Source: Waddliaceae bacterium (GTDB lineage: Bacteria; Chlamydiota; Chlamydiia; Chlamydiales; Waddliaceae). Taken from it: a stretch of DNA of 64,000 nt. Under the pieces are notes generated by a model. It had not been told where the DNA came from and searched no databases. It was given only the letters and a program-made list of their open reading frames with translations. The position numbers were made by a program, and so were the translations under genes. The stretch is taken from NCBI GenBank assembly GCA_963724325.1, contig CAVRUH010000005.1, positions 64,001-128,000 of the forward strand. Direction: 5' to 3'. Shown piece after piece: positions 51,579 to 62,319 of this stretch (the first letter of the stretch is position 1; each line of letters starts with the position of its first letter).

Positions 51579-53306
51579 ATGGTAAACATTTATAAATGGA
51601 TTCAATTATTTTTCCTTTCAATCTGCTGCGTGGCATTTGGTGGAGAAGTTGGTAATACTAATGAGGAATCTCTTTTAAAAGAGGCGAAAGCCCTTAATTC
51701 AGAGCAGCGATATAGTGAAGCAATTACCATTTATGAAAAACTTCTAGAACATTCACCAAAAAATACCGACTATTATTTCTTATTAGGAAAAACCTATTTA
51801 CAAATGGAATCCTTTGAAACAGCGATTGATACTTATGCTGAAGGATTAAAGATCCAACCGAATAATGCAGAATTAAAAGTTGCAATGGGCTACGCTTATT
51901 TACAAAGAGGAATCCATTTTCCCCGACTCTGGCCCCAGTATCAATGGTTTTGGTATCCGCCTTATGTATTCTATTTAACCCGAGAAGAGGTCTATCCGCG
52001 ACCAAATTGGAATGATATTTCAATAAGTCAAAGTATATTCGAAGGGGTTTTGGCACAAAATCCACAAGATTCCGATGCACTAACCGGCATCGGTCGTATT
52101 GAAGCCCTTAAGGACAATAAAGTACAGGCAGAATGCTATTATGCTGAAGCTCTTCATATTCGACCCAATAATGATACTACTTTTGCTTATTACGCAGCAT
52201 TGTTGTCAACGAATGGAGAATACTATTCCTCCAGAAATATGTATGAAAAATACTTAGAATTAGATCCCGCTGATGCCGGCACCCGAAAGGACTATATTGA
52301 TGTTGTAAAAAGAAGTAATCCAGAGGTCAATTTTGCAGGATTTTATGCTCAAGAAAACGAACAAGATCCAATTTCTACAACCCAAAGAGCTTGGACTGCA
52401 AGATTATACAATTATGGAGGGTTAGTTGCAGCTTCCTATGCACCCTTCGACCGATTAAAAGTTGCAGGGTCCTTTATCGATGAATATATCAGACTTAAAA
52501 ATTTAATCGGTAAAACGTATATATATTCTTTAAGTGTTCAAAGGGGTAATCTTGGATTCGTATGGAATGCCACTCCATATGCATCTGTTTCAGGAGCCCT
52601 TGGCGCCACATATTATGCAAAATATAAAAGTTCAACAACTTCTATACGCTCAGGATATTATATTCAACCCGCATTGAATATTACTTATACCAGAAATCAT
52701 CAAAGCACATTTATAGAAACAAATTCAGATACCATCCTTGTTGCAAGAGATCCTATAAGCAATCGTTCAACATTAATAGATCGTCAATTCCTGCGGGGAT
52801 TTTATGAATACAATTTTGGAAATCGAACTCAAGTAGGTGTCACAGCTGCAAATATTTGGTACATTAATCGAATAAAATGGAATCAACAGCAAATTGGGAC
52901 GACTTGGATTCAATGGGGTCCCCCACGCCTTTGGCAGTATATCACTTTCCGTTACCAATTTATCTATGGACGTTTCAATAAACTTACCCCGGATTATTAT
53001 GTGTACCGTTTTCAAACAACTCATTGGCTGAATGTCACCCTTTCCAAAAACTGGTTTAATGATAAATTGATCACAGAAGCAGGATATGGGCATGCCTGGC
53101 AGCGTGGATTCGAAACAGGACAAATTCTAACGACCACTCCCACTCCAACATTTCATATATTGTATCGCGAAATCAACGCCGCATTCGCTCGATTGGAATT
53201 CGATCCAAATGATTCAATATCTATGAGTTTGACAGGAACGTACACTCTGGATACATTTAATTATACAACGGCTTCAGTGACTGGAAAATTCCAGTGGAAC
53301 TTCTAA
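51579..53306 (+). CDS. TPR plus outer-membrane beta-barrel protein (PgaA/YaiO-like architecture)
   Basis: Signal peptide, several TPRs, Tyr/Gly/Thr-rich alternating C-terminal half ending in FQWNF. Confidence 0.75.
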   Translation: MVNIYKWIQLFFLSICCVAFGGEVGNTNEESLLKEAKALNSEQRYSEAITIYEKLLEHSPKNTDYYFLLGKTYLQMESFETAIDTYAEGLKIQPNNAELKVAMGYAYLQRGIHFPRLWPQYQWFWYPPYVFYLTREEVYPRPNWNDISISQSIFEGVLAQNPQDSDALTGIGRIEALKDNKVQAECYYAEALHIRPNNDTTFAYYAALLSTNGEYYSSRNMYEKYLELDPADAGTRKDYIDVVKRSNPEVNFAGFYAQENEQDPISTTQRAWTARLYNYGGLVAASYAPFDRLKVAGSFIDEYIRLKNLIGKTYIYSLSVQRGNLGFVWNATPYASVSGALGATYYAKYKSSTTSIRSGYYIQPALNITYTRNHQSTFIETNSDTILVARDPISNRSTLIDRQFLRGFYEYNFGNRTQVGVTAANIWYINRIKWNQQQIGTTWIQWGPPRLWQYITFRYQFIYGRFNKLTPDYYVYRFQTTHWLNVTLSKNWFNDKLITEAGYGHAWQRGFETGQILTTTPTPTFHILYREINAAFARLEFDPNDSISMSLTGTYTLDTFNYTTASVTGKFQWNF

Positions 53307-53323
53307 AATAAGGGGATCTATTA

Positions 53324-53731
53324 ATGGAGAATGATGAAAAAAAACGATTTAAAATTGTCATTGTTGATGACGATGATGACCTTTTGAAATTGATGATATA
53401 TTTATTTGAAGCACAAGAATTTGATGTAATATCGCTCTCTTCAGGAAAAGAGGCCTTAGCTTATTTTTCAGATGAGGCAAAGATAAAATCAATAGATTTA
53501 CTCATTCTGGATCGTATGCTTCCAGATTTAGATGGACTTGAAATTCTAAAAAAATTAGAGAAAATGTATCCAAAAAAAACGCCTATTGTTCTTTTCTTGT
53601 CAGTGCTTGGTGCGGAAAAAGATGTTTTAAAAGGTCTTGAGGCTGGTGCTGTTGATTATTTGACAAAGCCATTTAACCTGGATGTTCTGCTGGATAAAGC
53701 ACGATCCTTGCTCACAAGGTACAGGAAGTAA
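53324..53731 (+). CDS. Single-domain response regulator
   Basis: IVDDD, LILDRMLPDLDG, FLS, DYLTKPF; no output domain. Confidence 0.92.
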   Translation: MENDEKKRFKIVIVDDDDDLLKLMIYLFEAQEFDVISLSSGKEALAYFSDEAKIKSIDLLILDRMLPDLDGLEILKKLEKMYPKKTPIVLFLSVLGAEKDVLKGLEAGAVDYLTKPFNLDVLLDKARSLLTRYRK

Positions 53732-53740
53732 ATTAAACCG

Positions 53741-54787
53741 ATGGAACTGTTATATATAATAGTCATCTACGCCCTTCTTACTGAAATACTCATTGTTCTA
53801 TTTCTTGTACTGCTCATCCCATTTCATCGACTAATTCTTCATTACAAAAAGACCTCTAGAGAGGCTGCACGAAAAAAAATATCTGAAATGATCATCGATT
53901 GTCTACAGCACAAGAAAATATCTGCAATAGATGAATCCCTAAAGAAATATACAAGTACCACAACCCTTCTCGCAACGGTAGAGGCTTTCGACAGAAGAAT
54001 ATCTGAGGCTGAATGGACTGAATTAAAAAACAAAATTGTAACAGTATATCTCTTGCCAACTGCTCGAAAAAAAGCGACTAGCTCTTCTTGGTTCAAAAGA
54101 AATTTTGCAGCTCGCTGTTTTGCTCTTACACCCTTGAAAGAAGATGAAAGCCTCATTTTTAAGCTCATCAGTGATCCTGTATTCCTTGTTCGAAGCGTTG
54201 CTGCAATCGCTATCCTTAACCTAGAAAACAAAGAAGGAATTTTTAAGATCATCAAGCAGATGAGTTGCGAAAAAGGATACGCTCGCTACTATTATCGAGA
54301 TCTGCTTTTGCAAGGTCCTACTAATATTACCAATTTTGTGAAAGAAATCGCTGAGTCTGAAACAGATCCTGCCATTCACCTTGCATGTCTCGAACTGCTG
54401 ACCGATAAATCGATTGTCATTATTCCCCATTATATCAAAGATGATCTTGAATCGACAAATGATAGCATTCGCTTGCAAGCTGCAAAAATTGTCGCACGTA
54501 ATCCGCAGAAAGATACTGTCAGTATTTTAACTAAATGCCTAGGTGATTCCAACTCAGAGATTAGAGCCGAAGCAACAAGGGGTTTTCACTATTTCCCAAC
54601 AAATGAGGTGTTTGAAACTCTTCAACAAATTTTAAGCGATCCTGTATGGGTGGTCCGGCTGCAAGCAGCAAAAACATTAAAAAAAATGGGTCAAAAAGGA
54701 CTCAACATCCTGAAAAATCAGGATTCTCTTGTCAATAAAATAGCTTACGATGTTGCCCAAACTGTACTCCAATATGATGGGTGGTAA
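53741..54787 (+). CDS. Membrane-anchored HEAT-repeat protein
   Basis: N-terminal TM; D..VR..AA repeats (DPVFLVRSVAA, DSIRLQAA, DPVWVVRLQAA). Confidence 0.85.
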   Translation: MELLYIIVIYALLTEILIVLFLVLLIPFHRLILHYKKTSREAARKKISEMIIDCLQHKKISAIDESLKKYTSTTTLLATVEAFDRRISEAEWTELKNKIVTVYLLPTARKKATSSSWFKRNFAARCFALTPLKEDESLIFKLISDPVFLVRSVAAIAILNLENKEGIFKIIKQMSCEKGYARYYYRDLLLQGPTNITNFVKEIAESETDPAIHLACLELLTDKSIVIIPHYIKDDLESTNDSIRLQAAKIVARNPQKDTVSILTKCLGDSNSEIRAEATRGFHYFPTNEVFETLQQILSDPVWVVRLQAAKTLKKMGQKGLNILKNQDSLVNKIAYDVAQTVLQYDGW

Positions 54788-54790
54788 TTG

Positions 54791-56227
54791 ATGCATGACT
54801 TATTAAAGCCCCTATACATAATTCTCGACCCATTTTTTCTAATCTATTTTTCCATTGTCAACCTAATTTACGTCATTTTTTTCATTATAGGCTCCTTTGG
54901 AACCTTTAAACGGATAAGAGAAATCTATGCTGAAGATCTCACAAGTATTTTGAAATCAAACTCTTTGCCAGAAATGACTTTTATCGTCCCTACGTATAAT
55001 GACGAAGCATTTATTATGTCCTGCATTGATAGTTTAAGAAATCTTTCCTATCGATATAAACAGATCATTATCGTCAATGACGGATCTACCGACAACACCT
55101 TCAAAGTGCTTTTTGAAAAACTTGAGCTCAAACATATTCCGGTATTCTTTAACCAAACACTCCCGACCAAGCCAATTCGTGGTGCCTATGAAAGTACCCT
55201 ATATCCGGAAATCATCGTTATTGATAAAGAAAATGGTGAGAAATTTGATGCTGTAAATGTTGCTCTAAATGCCTGCCAAACTAACTACTTCGTTCTCATT
55301 GATTCAGATACCTTTATTGAAGATAGCGAATTCGAGGCCCTCATACGTCCTATTTTTTCCTCACCTGAAATTATTGCCGTAGGGGCTGCAGTCAAGATTC
55401 AAGATGGATGCGAAATTGTCGGAAGAAATATCGAAACTACTGCCTTTCCCCAAAATTATATTTCTGCTGTCCAGGCCATCGAATATCTCCGTGCCTTTCT
55501 CATGCGTGTAGGTTGGGATTTTTGTGACAATAACTATATTATCTCTGGGGCATTCGGCGTGTTTATTAAAGATGTTGTTGTGCAAGCCGGAGGATATGGA
55601 CCTACTATTGCAAATGATCTTGAGATGATTCTTCGGTTAAATCGAATCATGATCGCGTCTGGGACAAAATATCAGATCAAATATCTTCCAGATCCAGTTG
55701 CATGGACGAAAGCTCCTGGAACATGGAAGGCATTAGCCGACCAACGATTGAGGTGGCATAGGGGATTGCTTGAATGTCTTTGGTTTCACAAATCAATGAT
55801 ATTTAATCCCAAATATGGAGCGCAAGGAATGTTGGTACATCCTTTTTTGCTAATTTATGAGGGCTTTGAACCTGTCATCGAGAGTTTAGGATATATCTAT
55901 ATTCTTGTAGGTTGGTGGTTTGGTGTTGTGAATTCATATTTTGTGATATTATTTCTTATGATTACTGTAGGATTCGTCTTTATTCAAACTTTATTTTGTT
56001 TATTAATGGAAGAGTTCAGTTTTAAGAAATACCCATCTGTTAGAACTATTTGGTTGCTGTTTCTATATAGTTTAGTGGAAAATTTTGGATATCGCCAACT
56101 TACACTCATTTGGCGTCTGCGGGGCTTTATCAGTTTTTTCAAAAGATACAGTGAAATAAAAAAAGATACCGACAAACTCAATGCTTCCATCAATGAAATA
56201 CTCAAAAAAGGCAAGCTCCATTGGTAG
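54791..56227 (+). CDS. Processive GT2 polysaccharide synthase (PgaC/IcaA-like)
   Basis: VPTYN, VNDGSTD, IDSD, SGAFG, IAND, QRLRW; N- and C-terminal TM helices. Confidence 0.9.
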   Translation: MHDLLKPLYIILDPFFLIYFSIVNLIYVIFFIIGSFGTFKRIREIYAEDLTSILKSNSLPEMTFIVPTYNDEAFIMSCIDSLRNLSYRYKQIIIVNDGSTDNTFKVLFEKLELKHIPVFFNQTLPTKPIRGAYESTLYPEIIVIDKENGEKFDAVNVALNACQTNYFVLIDSDTFIEDSEFEALIRPIFSSPEIIAVGAAVKIQDGCEIVGRNIETTAFPQNYISAVQAIEYLRAFLMRVGWDFCDNNYIISGAFGVFIKDVVVQAGGYGPTIANDLEMILRLNRIMIASGTKYQIKYLPDPVAWTKAPGTWKALADQRLRWHRGLLECLWFHKSMIFNPKYGAQGMLVHPFLLIYEGFEPVIESLGYIYILVGWWFGVVNSYFVILFLMITVGFVFIQTLFCLLMEEFSFKKYPSVRTIWLLFLYSLVENFGYRQLTLIWRLRGFISFFKRYSEIKKDTDKLNASINEILKKGKLHW

Positions 56228-56328
56228 ATGTCAACAGGCAATCGAATCTGTTTTGTTAGGTCTTTCAATGTGCCGACTGGTTGCAATAAATAATAAAAGT
56301 AATTACAATCTAACTAGATAAGGAGGTA

Positions 56329-56586
56329 AGTACGGCACATCTAATTCGCGTGGGAAAATCACTTGGAGTGAGAATTCCAAAAACAATTATCAATCAAGTC
56401 GGTTTTAGGGAAAATACTAATCTCGTCTTTAAAGTGACTGATAAGGGATTGCTCATTTCTCCCAATCGACAAAATAGGCAAGGTTGGAATGAAATCTTTA
56501 AAACAACTTCTTCAAGGCAAAAAGAGCAGCTAATTATCAGCGAGGAAATTGTCAATCAGTTTGAAAAGGACGAATGGCAATGGTAA
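56329..56586 (+). pseudogene. AbrB/MazE-type antitoxin, canonical start apparently lost
   Basis: (S)TAHLIRVGKSLGVRIPK...EWQW; AGGAGG RBS not followed by an in-frame ATG; GTG at 56350 possible. Confidence 0.65.
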
Positions 56587-56657
56587 AGCATTTCGATCTT
56601 ATATCGCTTGATCCGACTAAAGGCAGTGAAATAAAAAACAAGATATTCGCTTATTAG
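56580..56657 (+). pseudogene. Truncated MazF/PemK toxin
   Basis: MVKHFDLISLDPTKGSEIK then stop after 25 aa; LDPT.GSEI.K is the MazF N-terminal motif. Confidence 0.75.
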
Positions 56658-56666
56658 GTCAAAAAT

Positions 56667-57485
56667 TCAGTACAATTTTCCTGCGAACCTGGAAAGAACA
56701 TAGGTACAAAAACTAATGGCGCTAATCAAAAATGAAACAGGCCAATTTGTAAGATAGGAAAGTGCAATTCCCAACCAAACGACGACAACTCCAATAAATA
56801 TTGATAGCGTTATTCCTCTCCAAAATGTACGCGTGATACAAAGTGCACTGGCAGCAGGTCCTATCAACAAAGTAAATACCAACAAAACTCCCACGACTTG
56901 ACTAGCCTCTGTCACAGCAATTGCAACCATCATCAGAAAAGTAATCGAAATAAAATGTAGAGATATTCCCTTCGCTTCTGCCAAATCAGGTTCTAAGCTC
57001 GCAAATAAAAGCTGTCTTCCAATCAGCACAATCCCCAATAAACTGACAATAGAATAAATAAACATCGATTTGATGAGATCATTCGAAACACCAAATATAT
57101 CACCAAATAATATAGACATTGCTTGGCCAGCATAATTCGTGTAAAAATGGAGAAATAACACTCCCAACCCCAAAGACAAGGCCAAAATCATCCCAATAGC
57201 AATATCGCTCTTGGAAGCTTTTTCCCCAAGACTTCCCATTCCAATAGCCGCCAAAAGAGTTAATATTAACTGCCCCGTTGCTGGAGAAAAGCCTGCTAAT
57301 CCTGCTCCCGCTGCCCCAGCGAAAGCAATATGACTGAGTGCATGTGAAGCAAAATTCTGACTCCTTAAAACAATGAAATATCCAATGATTGCTGAAACTA
57401 TTGCAGCCATTGTCCCTGCCATAAAGGCATTCCGCATAAAATCATAAATAAATAAATCGCTAATCATTTCAAGTACAGCCGTCAT
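56667..57485 (-). CDS. Zn/Mn ABC transporter permease
   Basis: HALSHIAFAGAA, ILFGDI, AEAKG, VGVLLV. Confidence 0.9.
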   Translation of the reverse strand: MTAVLEMISDLFIYDFMRNAFMAGTMAAIVSAIIGYFIVLRSQNFASHALSHIAFAGAAGAGLAGFSPATGQLILTLLAAIGMGSLGEKASKSDIAIGMILALSLGLGVLFLHFYTNYAGQAMSILFGDIFGVSNDLIKSMFIYSIVSLLGIVLIGRQLLFASLEPDLAEAKGISLHFISITFLMMVAIAVTEASQVVGVLLVFTLLIGPAASALCITRTFWRGITLSIFIGVVVVWLGIALSYLTNWPVSFLISAISFCTYVLSRFAGKLY

Positions 57486-58257
57486 GATCATCCTTCTCGG
57501 GGTTTTTGGGCATGATCCAAACATTATTTCCCGATCTTATCACCTCTACAGGGGTATTATAAAGTTGACTCAATGTCGTAGTGTTCACCACTTCATCAAC
57601 AGTGCCAATTGCCGCTTGCCCATGCGATAAATAGATAATATTATCCATGACATCAATCAATGGATTTATATTATGCCCTGTCATCAATACTGTGAAATTT
57701 AATGCTTTCTGAATGGAGTGTATTAATTTGATAATTCTCTCCTGTTGGCCAGGGTCAAGAGCACTTAATGGTTCATCCAATAGCAATATTTTTGGCTTTC
57801 CCAATAAGGCAAGCGCAAGGCCCAATCGTTGCCTTTCTCCTCCAGAATACTGCATGAAAGGTCTGTCGATATAATCTTGCAATTCTACCAGTTGAATAAC
57901 TTCTTCAATTTCTAGATTTTGCTTTTTATTCAAAAAAGGAAATCCCCAACGGCAACCCTGAGCAGCAGCAGAAAGAAAAGATCTTCCTGACAGAGGAAAA
58001 GATTCTAACTCATGATGAAATTGAGGCAAATATCCGATCGATAAAAGACCTCTTTTGGGTGGTGTGCCATAAATTAGGATTTTGCCATCTATTAAGTTCG
58101 TCAACCCCAAAATTGTGCGGAGCATTAATGTCTTTCCAGCTCCATTAGGTCCAAAGATTCCTACAAAACTACCATGAGGTATTGAAGCGGTTAAGTTGTT
58201 CAAAATAGATTTCGTTCCAAATCCAAATGAGGCATTTTGAAATTCAATAGCATTCAA
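57469..58257 (-). CDS. Zn/Mn ABC transporter ATP-binding protein
   Basis: GPNGAGKT, YSGGERQR, LLDEP. Confidence 0.92.
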   Translation of the reverse strand: MNAIEFQNASFGFGTKSILNNLTASIPHGSFVGIFGPNGAGKTLMLRTILGLTNLIDGKILIYGTPPKRGLLSIGYLPQFHHELESFPLSGRSFLSAAAQGCRWGFPFLNKKQNLEIEEVIQLVELQDYIDRPFMQYSGGERQRLGLALALLGKPKILLLDEPLSALDPGQQERIIKLIHSIQKALNFTVLMTGHNINPLIDVMDNIIYLSHGQAAIGTVDEVVNTTTLSQLYNTPVEVIRSGNNVWIMPKNPEKDDHDGCT

Positions 58258-58259
58258 AA

Positions 58260-59117
58260 TTAACCGCCTAAACTTTTATCTAATTCGTTCAACTGATTCA
58301 TCATCCATTCAATATAACTTTGCCCTGCAGGTTCTGTTTCGCTAACCCCAACTACAGGAATACCAGCGCTTTCAGCTATATTTTTCATTGTGGTTGTAAT
58401 TGGATTAATGACTTGATTATTAAAGATAAGAACCTTGACTGCGTGATTTCTTAAATTGTCTTCAAATTTTTTGATGTCTTGAGCGCTGATGTCAGTATCA
58501 TTCATAACACTCAATTGAAAATTGATGCCCTTCATAATTAATCCCAGACTCTCTGCCATGTAATTAAATACAGGTTCTGTTGCAATCACTGGAGTTCCCT
58601 GATAGCGCTTTTTCATTTCAGCTATTTTATTAAGAAATGGTTTATTTTCTTCGGAAAATTTGAAAAATTGTTGTTTGAAATATGTCTTGTGTTCCGTATC
58701 AAGTTTACCCAATTCTTCGGTAAGTTTATTTGCAAAAGCGAGCATGGTGTTAGGATCATACCAGATATGCGGGTTGTCACCTTCTCTTTTATTAACCAAC
58801 TCTGCAACAACTATAATTGTTTTTGTTGAGTTATTGTCTGTTTTCGTTAAATTTTTCACCCATGGATCATAATTGATCCCATTATAAATAATAAGGTTGG
58901 CCTTGGCTATAGCCCTGGCTGTATCGGCCGACGTGCTAAATAAATGTGGATCCTGATTTGGATTATTAAGGATGCTAGTCACTTTTACATATGGCCCGCC
59001 AATCTCGCTAGCAATATCCCCATAAAAATTCTCTGCAGCAACAATTTCTATTATGTTGGCATCTAAAGATGCATAAAAAAATAACCATAAAAATAGATTA
59101 AGGATTTTCTTGCCCAT
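58260..59117 (-). CDS. Zn/Mn ABC transporter substrate-binding protein
   Basis: VAAENFYG, DPHLF, NPHIWYDP. Confidence 0.92.
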   Translation of the reverse strand: MGKKILNLFLWLFFYASLDANIIEIVAAENFYGDIASEIGGPYVKVTSILNNPNQDPHLFSTSADTARAIAKANLIIYNGINYDPWVKNLTKTDNNSTKTIIVVAELVNKREGDNPHIWYDPNTMLAFANKLTEELGKLDTEHKTYFKQQFFKFSEENKPFLNKIAEMKKRYQGTPVIATEPVFNYMAESLGLIMKGINFQLSVMNDTDISAQDIKKFEDNLRNHAVKVLIFNNQVINPITTTMKNIAESAGIPVVGVSETEPAGQSYIEWMMNQLNELDKSLGG

Positions 59118-59225
59118 CGTAAGCCACTCAGCAAAATGTTAATCTCTTTCTAATAATATAAAATTATTTTCTTGACAATGTCCAAGTATTTACTATGATG
59201 AAAATAACAAGAAAAGGAGACAATT

Positions 59226-61283
59226 GTGGAAAAAATATTTGCTGATTCACCGCAAAATAAGCAAAAAAAAATCATTCTCCTTATTGATGACGACGTCGAT
59301 TGCTGCATCTACCTTGAAAAAGCCCTCCGCCATTCCGACTACTCCATAGTAATCGCACCAAATGGTAAAGAAGGATTAGAATTTATCGATAACGGAGTAT
59401 GCGATGCGGCGCTCGTCGATATCTTTCTCCCTGATGTCGACGGCGTGGAAGTTGCACGTCGCGTCCGGGCCAAAAAAGGCCACTTCTTCCCAATCATTGG
59501 CTTGACAAGTTTATCCATTGATACTCTTAAACAACAGTTTCCAAACGACCTCATCCATTTTTCCGATATCTGTATCAAACCCTTTGCATATCAAACGATT
59601 CTCAATGTATTACAAAAGTCTTATCCTTCATATTACAAAGAAAAAAGTTCCTTCCAACATCTGATTAGCGACTATCAAGCCTCCATTCCCGATAGACTTG
59701 AACTCCTCCGTAGCCTTATTAACGAAATTAAAAAGAAACCAAGTGAAAAAACTATCAACGAACTTCGATTACAGGTTCACAAATTAGCCGGAAGCGCCGG
59801 CCTCTACGGATACGACGAAGTAAGTACTGTCTGCAAAGAATTCGATGATGTCTTAGGGCAACATATCACCCTTTTCCAACAATCCGCCGATACTGCAAAT
59901 TGGGTCGATAAATATATAGAATTCATGAAAAAAATTACAGAGAGCTTTGCAAGTAAAAATGCAGTGAGTATTGGCGTCCTCGAACAAAAAATTATCGATA
60001 AAACAGCCATAATAGGTGTCATCGGCCTCGGCACGATCGGCCTTTCACTACTCGATGCCTTCGGAAGAGCAGGATTTTCCCTCGTAGGATACGATTCTAG
60101 CACTCAAAAAATGCAAATGCTCAAAAATAGAGAATCGTATCTTAATTTTATGGATATGAGCCACCTCTTCGGAATGATGGACGAAAATCGATTCATCCCT
60201 TCCTCAGATTCTAATGTTCTCAAAGATGCCGACGTACTTATTATAAGCGTGCCAACCTCCATTGATCGCTATGGAACGCCAAATCTCACCAACCTCAGAG
60301 CCGCATTCCAAACTGTAGCCGCATACCTCAAAAAACACCAACTCGTTATCCTCCAAAGTTCCACCTACCCCGGAACTACCCAAGAAGAACTCCTACCCAT
60401 ATTGTCGAAATCAAAACTCAGCGTCGGGATCGATTTCTACCTGGCTCACGTACCCGAAATCACAGATATCGGCAACCAAGATTTTAACTTTATTCAAATG
60501 CCTCGCATTGTCAGCGGCATCACCCCCTCATGTATGAAAAGCGTCTCCCTTCTTTATCAATATGTGAGCTCGAAAATTATACCGTGCTCCTCAACACAAG
60601 TTGCCGAAGCAGCGAAATTGCTTCAAAATGCCTTTCGATTAGTAAATATCTCGTTCATCAACGAAATGAAAATTCTATTCGATACAATGAATATCGACGT
60701 CTGGGAGGTAATCGCCGCTGCAGCTACAAAGCCTTTTGGATTTATGCCATTTTATCCAAGTCCTGGGATCGGCGGCGATTGCATTCCCATCGCTCCTTTT
60801 TATCTGGTTTGGAAAGCAAAGGCATCTGGAGGACCCACCACAATGCTCGAAGATGCCGGTCGCATTAATGATGGCATGCCCCATTACGTAATCAACAAGT
60901 TGATTTATGGTCTAAATCAACATAAAAAAACCATTCGTGATTCCAAAATCCTCATTCTTGGTGCGGGTTATAAAAAAGATGTTAATGACATCAGGGAATC
61001 CATCGCTCTAAAAATACTGCCAATTCTCAAAGAAATGCAAGCCAATGTCGACTATCATGACCCTTTTGTAAAATCAATCTCAAATTTTCCCAGCCATCCC
61101 GAAATGGCTATGGAATCTATTGAGTTCAATCTCGAAAACCTTAATCAATATGATGCCGTGGTGATTCTAACCGATCACTCTTTCTACGATTGGCCAAAGA
61201 TCGTAAAAAATAGCAACCTCGTTGTTGATACACGCAATGTTTCAGCAAATCTCATCGACACTAGAAAAATAATCAAGGCATAG
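59226..61283 (+). CDS. REC-Hpt-nucleotide-sugar (UDP-HexNAc) dehydrogenase fusion
   Basis: REC (IDDD, VDIFLPDVDG, KPF); Hpt (VHKLAGSAG); dehydrogenase (GLGTIG, VPT, STYPGTT, AKLLQNAFR, GGDCIP, YKKD..D.RES, DTRN). Confidence 0.88.
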   Translation: MEKIFADSPQNKQKKIILLIDDDVDCCIYLEKALRHSDYSIVIAPNGKEGLEFIDNGVCDAALVDIFLPDVDGVEVARRVRAKKGHFFPIIGLTSLSIDTLKQQFPNDLIHFSDICIKPFAYQTILNVLQKSYPSYYKEKSSFQHLISDYQASIPDRLELLRSLINEIKKKPSEKTINELRLQVHKLAGSAGLYGYDEVSTVCKEFDDVLGQHITLFQQSADTANWVDKYIEFMKKITESFASKNAVSIGVLEQKIIDKTAIIGVIGLGTIGLSLLDAFGRAGFSLVGYDSSTQKMQMLKNRESYLNFMDMSHLFGMMDENRFIPSSDSNVLKDADVLIISVPTSIDRYGTPNLTNLRAAFQTVAAYLKKHQLVILQSSTYPGTTQEELLPILSKSKLSVGIDFYLAHVPEITDIGNQDFNFIQMPRIVSGITPSCMKSVSLLYQYVSSKIIPCSSTQVAEAAKLLQNAFRLVNISFINEMKILFDTMNIDVWEVIAAAATKPFGFMPFYPSPGIGGDCIPIAPFYLVWKAKASGGPTTMLEDAGRINDGMPHYVINKLIYGLNQHKKTIRDSKILILGAGYKKDVNDIRESIALKILPILKEMQANVDYHDPFVKSISNFPSHPEMAMESIEFNLENLNQYDAVVILTDHSFYDWPKIVKNSNLVVDTRNVSANLIDTRKIIKA

Positions 61284-61291
61284 TTGCAAAA

Positions 61292-62269
61292 ATGAATAAA
61301 AAAAATATTCTAATTACCGGAGGCGCAGGTTTCATCGGCTCAAATATGGCAGTCCATCAGCTCGCAAAAGGCAACGCTGTTTGGGCCGTAGATAATCTCA
61401 TGACAGGACGCAAAAGCAATATAGAGCCTCTTTTATTAAATCCAGCTTTCCGTTTTGAAGAGGCCGACCTTGCTGCATGGAAACATCTGCCAAAAGCCGT
61501 TGAATGGGCAGATTATATCTTTCACTTCGCCGCAAGCATCGGACAACGTTTCGTCCTAAACAACCCCGTTTACACTATCACAAATAATATTCGAAGCTGT
61601 GAAGAAATTCTAAAAGCCATGGACAAAGTAAATCACAATGCACGTCTCCTAGTAATTTCCACTTCAGAACTCTACTGCCATAGTGAAGAGAATCCCGACG
61701 GCACTACCTCTGAAGATGCCATTATCTGCTTTTTATCAAATAATTTTTTGCAAGATACTTATCCTGTAAGCAAACTAGTCAACGAGGTCATGGCACTTTC
61801 CTACGGATACGAAAAAGGTCTCCACTGTACCATTGCAAGGATTTTTAATACTATCGGTGCCAATCAATGCAGCACCTACGGAATGGTTGTTCCCACATTC
61901 ATCGAGCAAGCCCTAAACAATAAACCTATTACAATCTACGGGGATGGATTGCAATCCCGTTCGTTCAGCGACGTACGGGACACCATTAGAGCCCTAGACT
62001 TACTTTTGCAAGCCCCAGACAGCAAAGGGGAGATCGTTAACGTTGGAAATGATGTGGAATGCACCATCTTAGAACTAGCAAATCTCGTTCGAAAAAAAAC
62101 AAACAGCAAATCAGAAATAGTTTACATGAACTACAAAGATGCCTATGGCGTCCCATTTGTAGATGTCAGAAGACGCCAACCAGATCTCACCAAATTAAAG
62201 CGTCTCACCAATTTCGAACCTCAATGGACCCTAGAAAATACCATTGAGTACCTTATTGAATTATTTTAG
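61292..62269 (+). CDS. NAD-dependent nucleotide-sugar epimerase/dehydratase
   Basis: TGGAGFIG, YPVSK, YGDGLQSRSF. Confidence 0.92.
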   Translation: MNKKNILITGGAGFIGSNMAVHQLAKGNAVWAVDNLMTGRKSNIEPLLLNPAFRFEEADLAAWKHLPKAVEWADYIFHFAASIGQRFVLNNPVYTITNNIRSCEEILKAMDKVNHNARLLVISTSELYCHSEENPDGTTSEDAIICFLSNNFLQDTYPVSKLVNEVMALSYGYEKGLHCTIARIFNTIGANQCSTYGMVVPTFIEQALNNKPITIYGDGLQSRSFSDVRDTIRALDLLLQAPDSKGEIVNVGNDVECTILELANLVRKKTNSKSEIVYMNYKDAYGVPFVDVRRRQPDLTKLKRLTNFEPQWTLENTIEYLIELF

Positions 62270-62319
62270 GCATTTTGCTAATATCTACTCCAGCAACATC
62301 ACCCAGAGAGTAAAACCCT

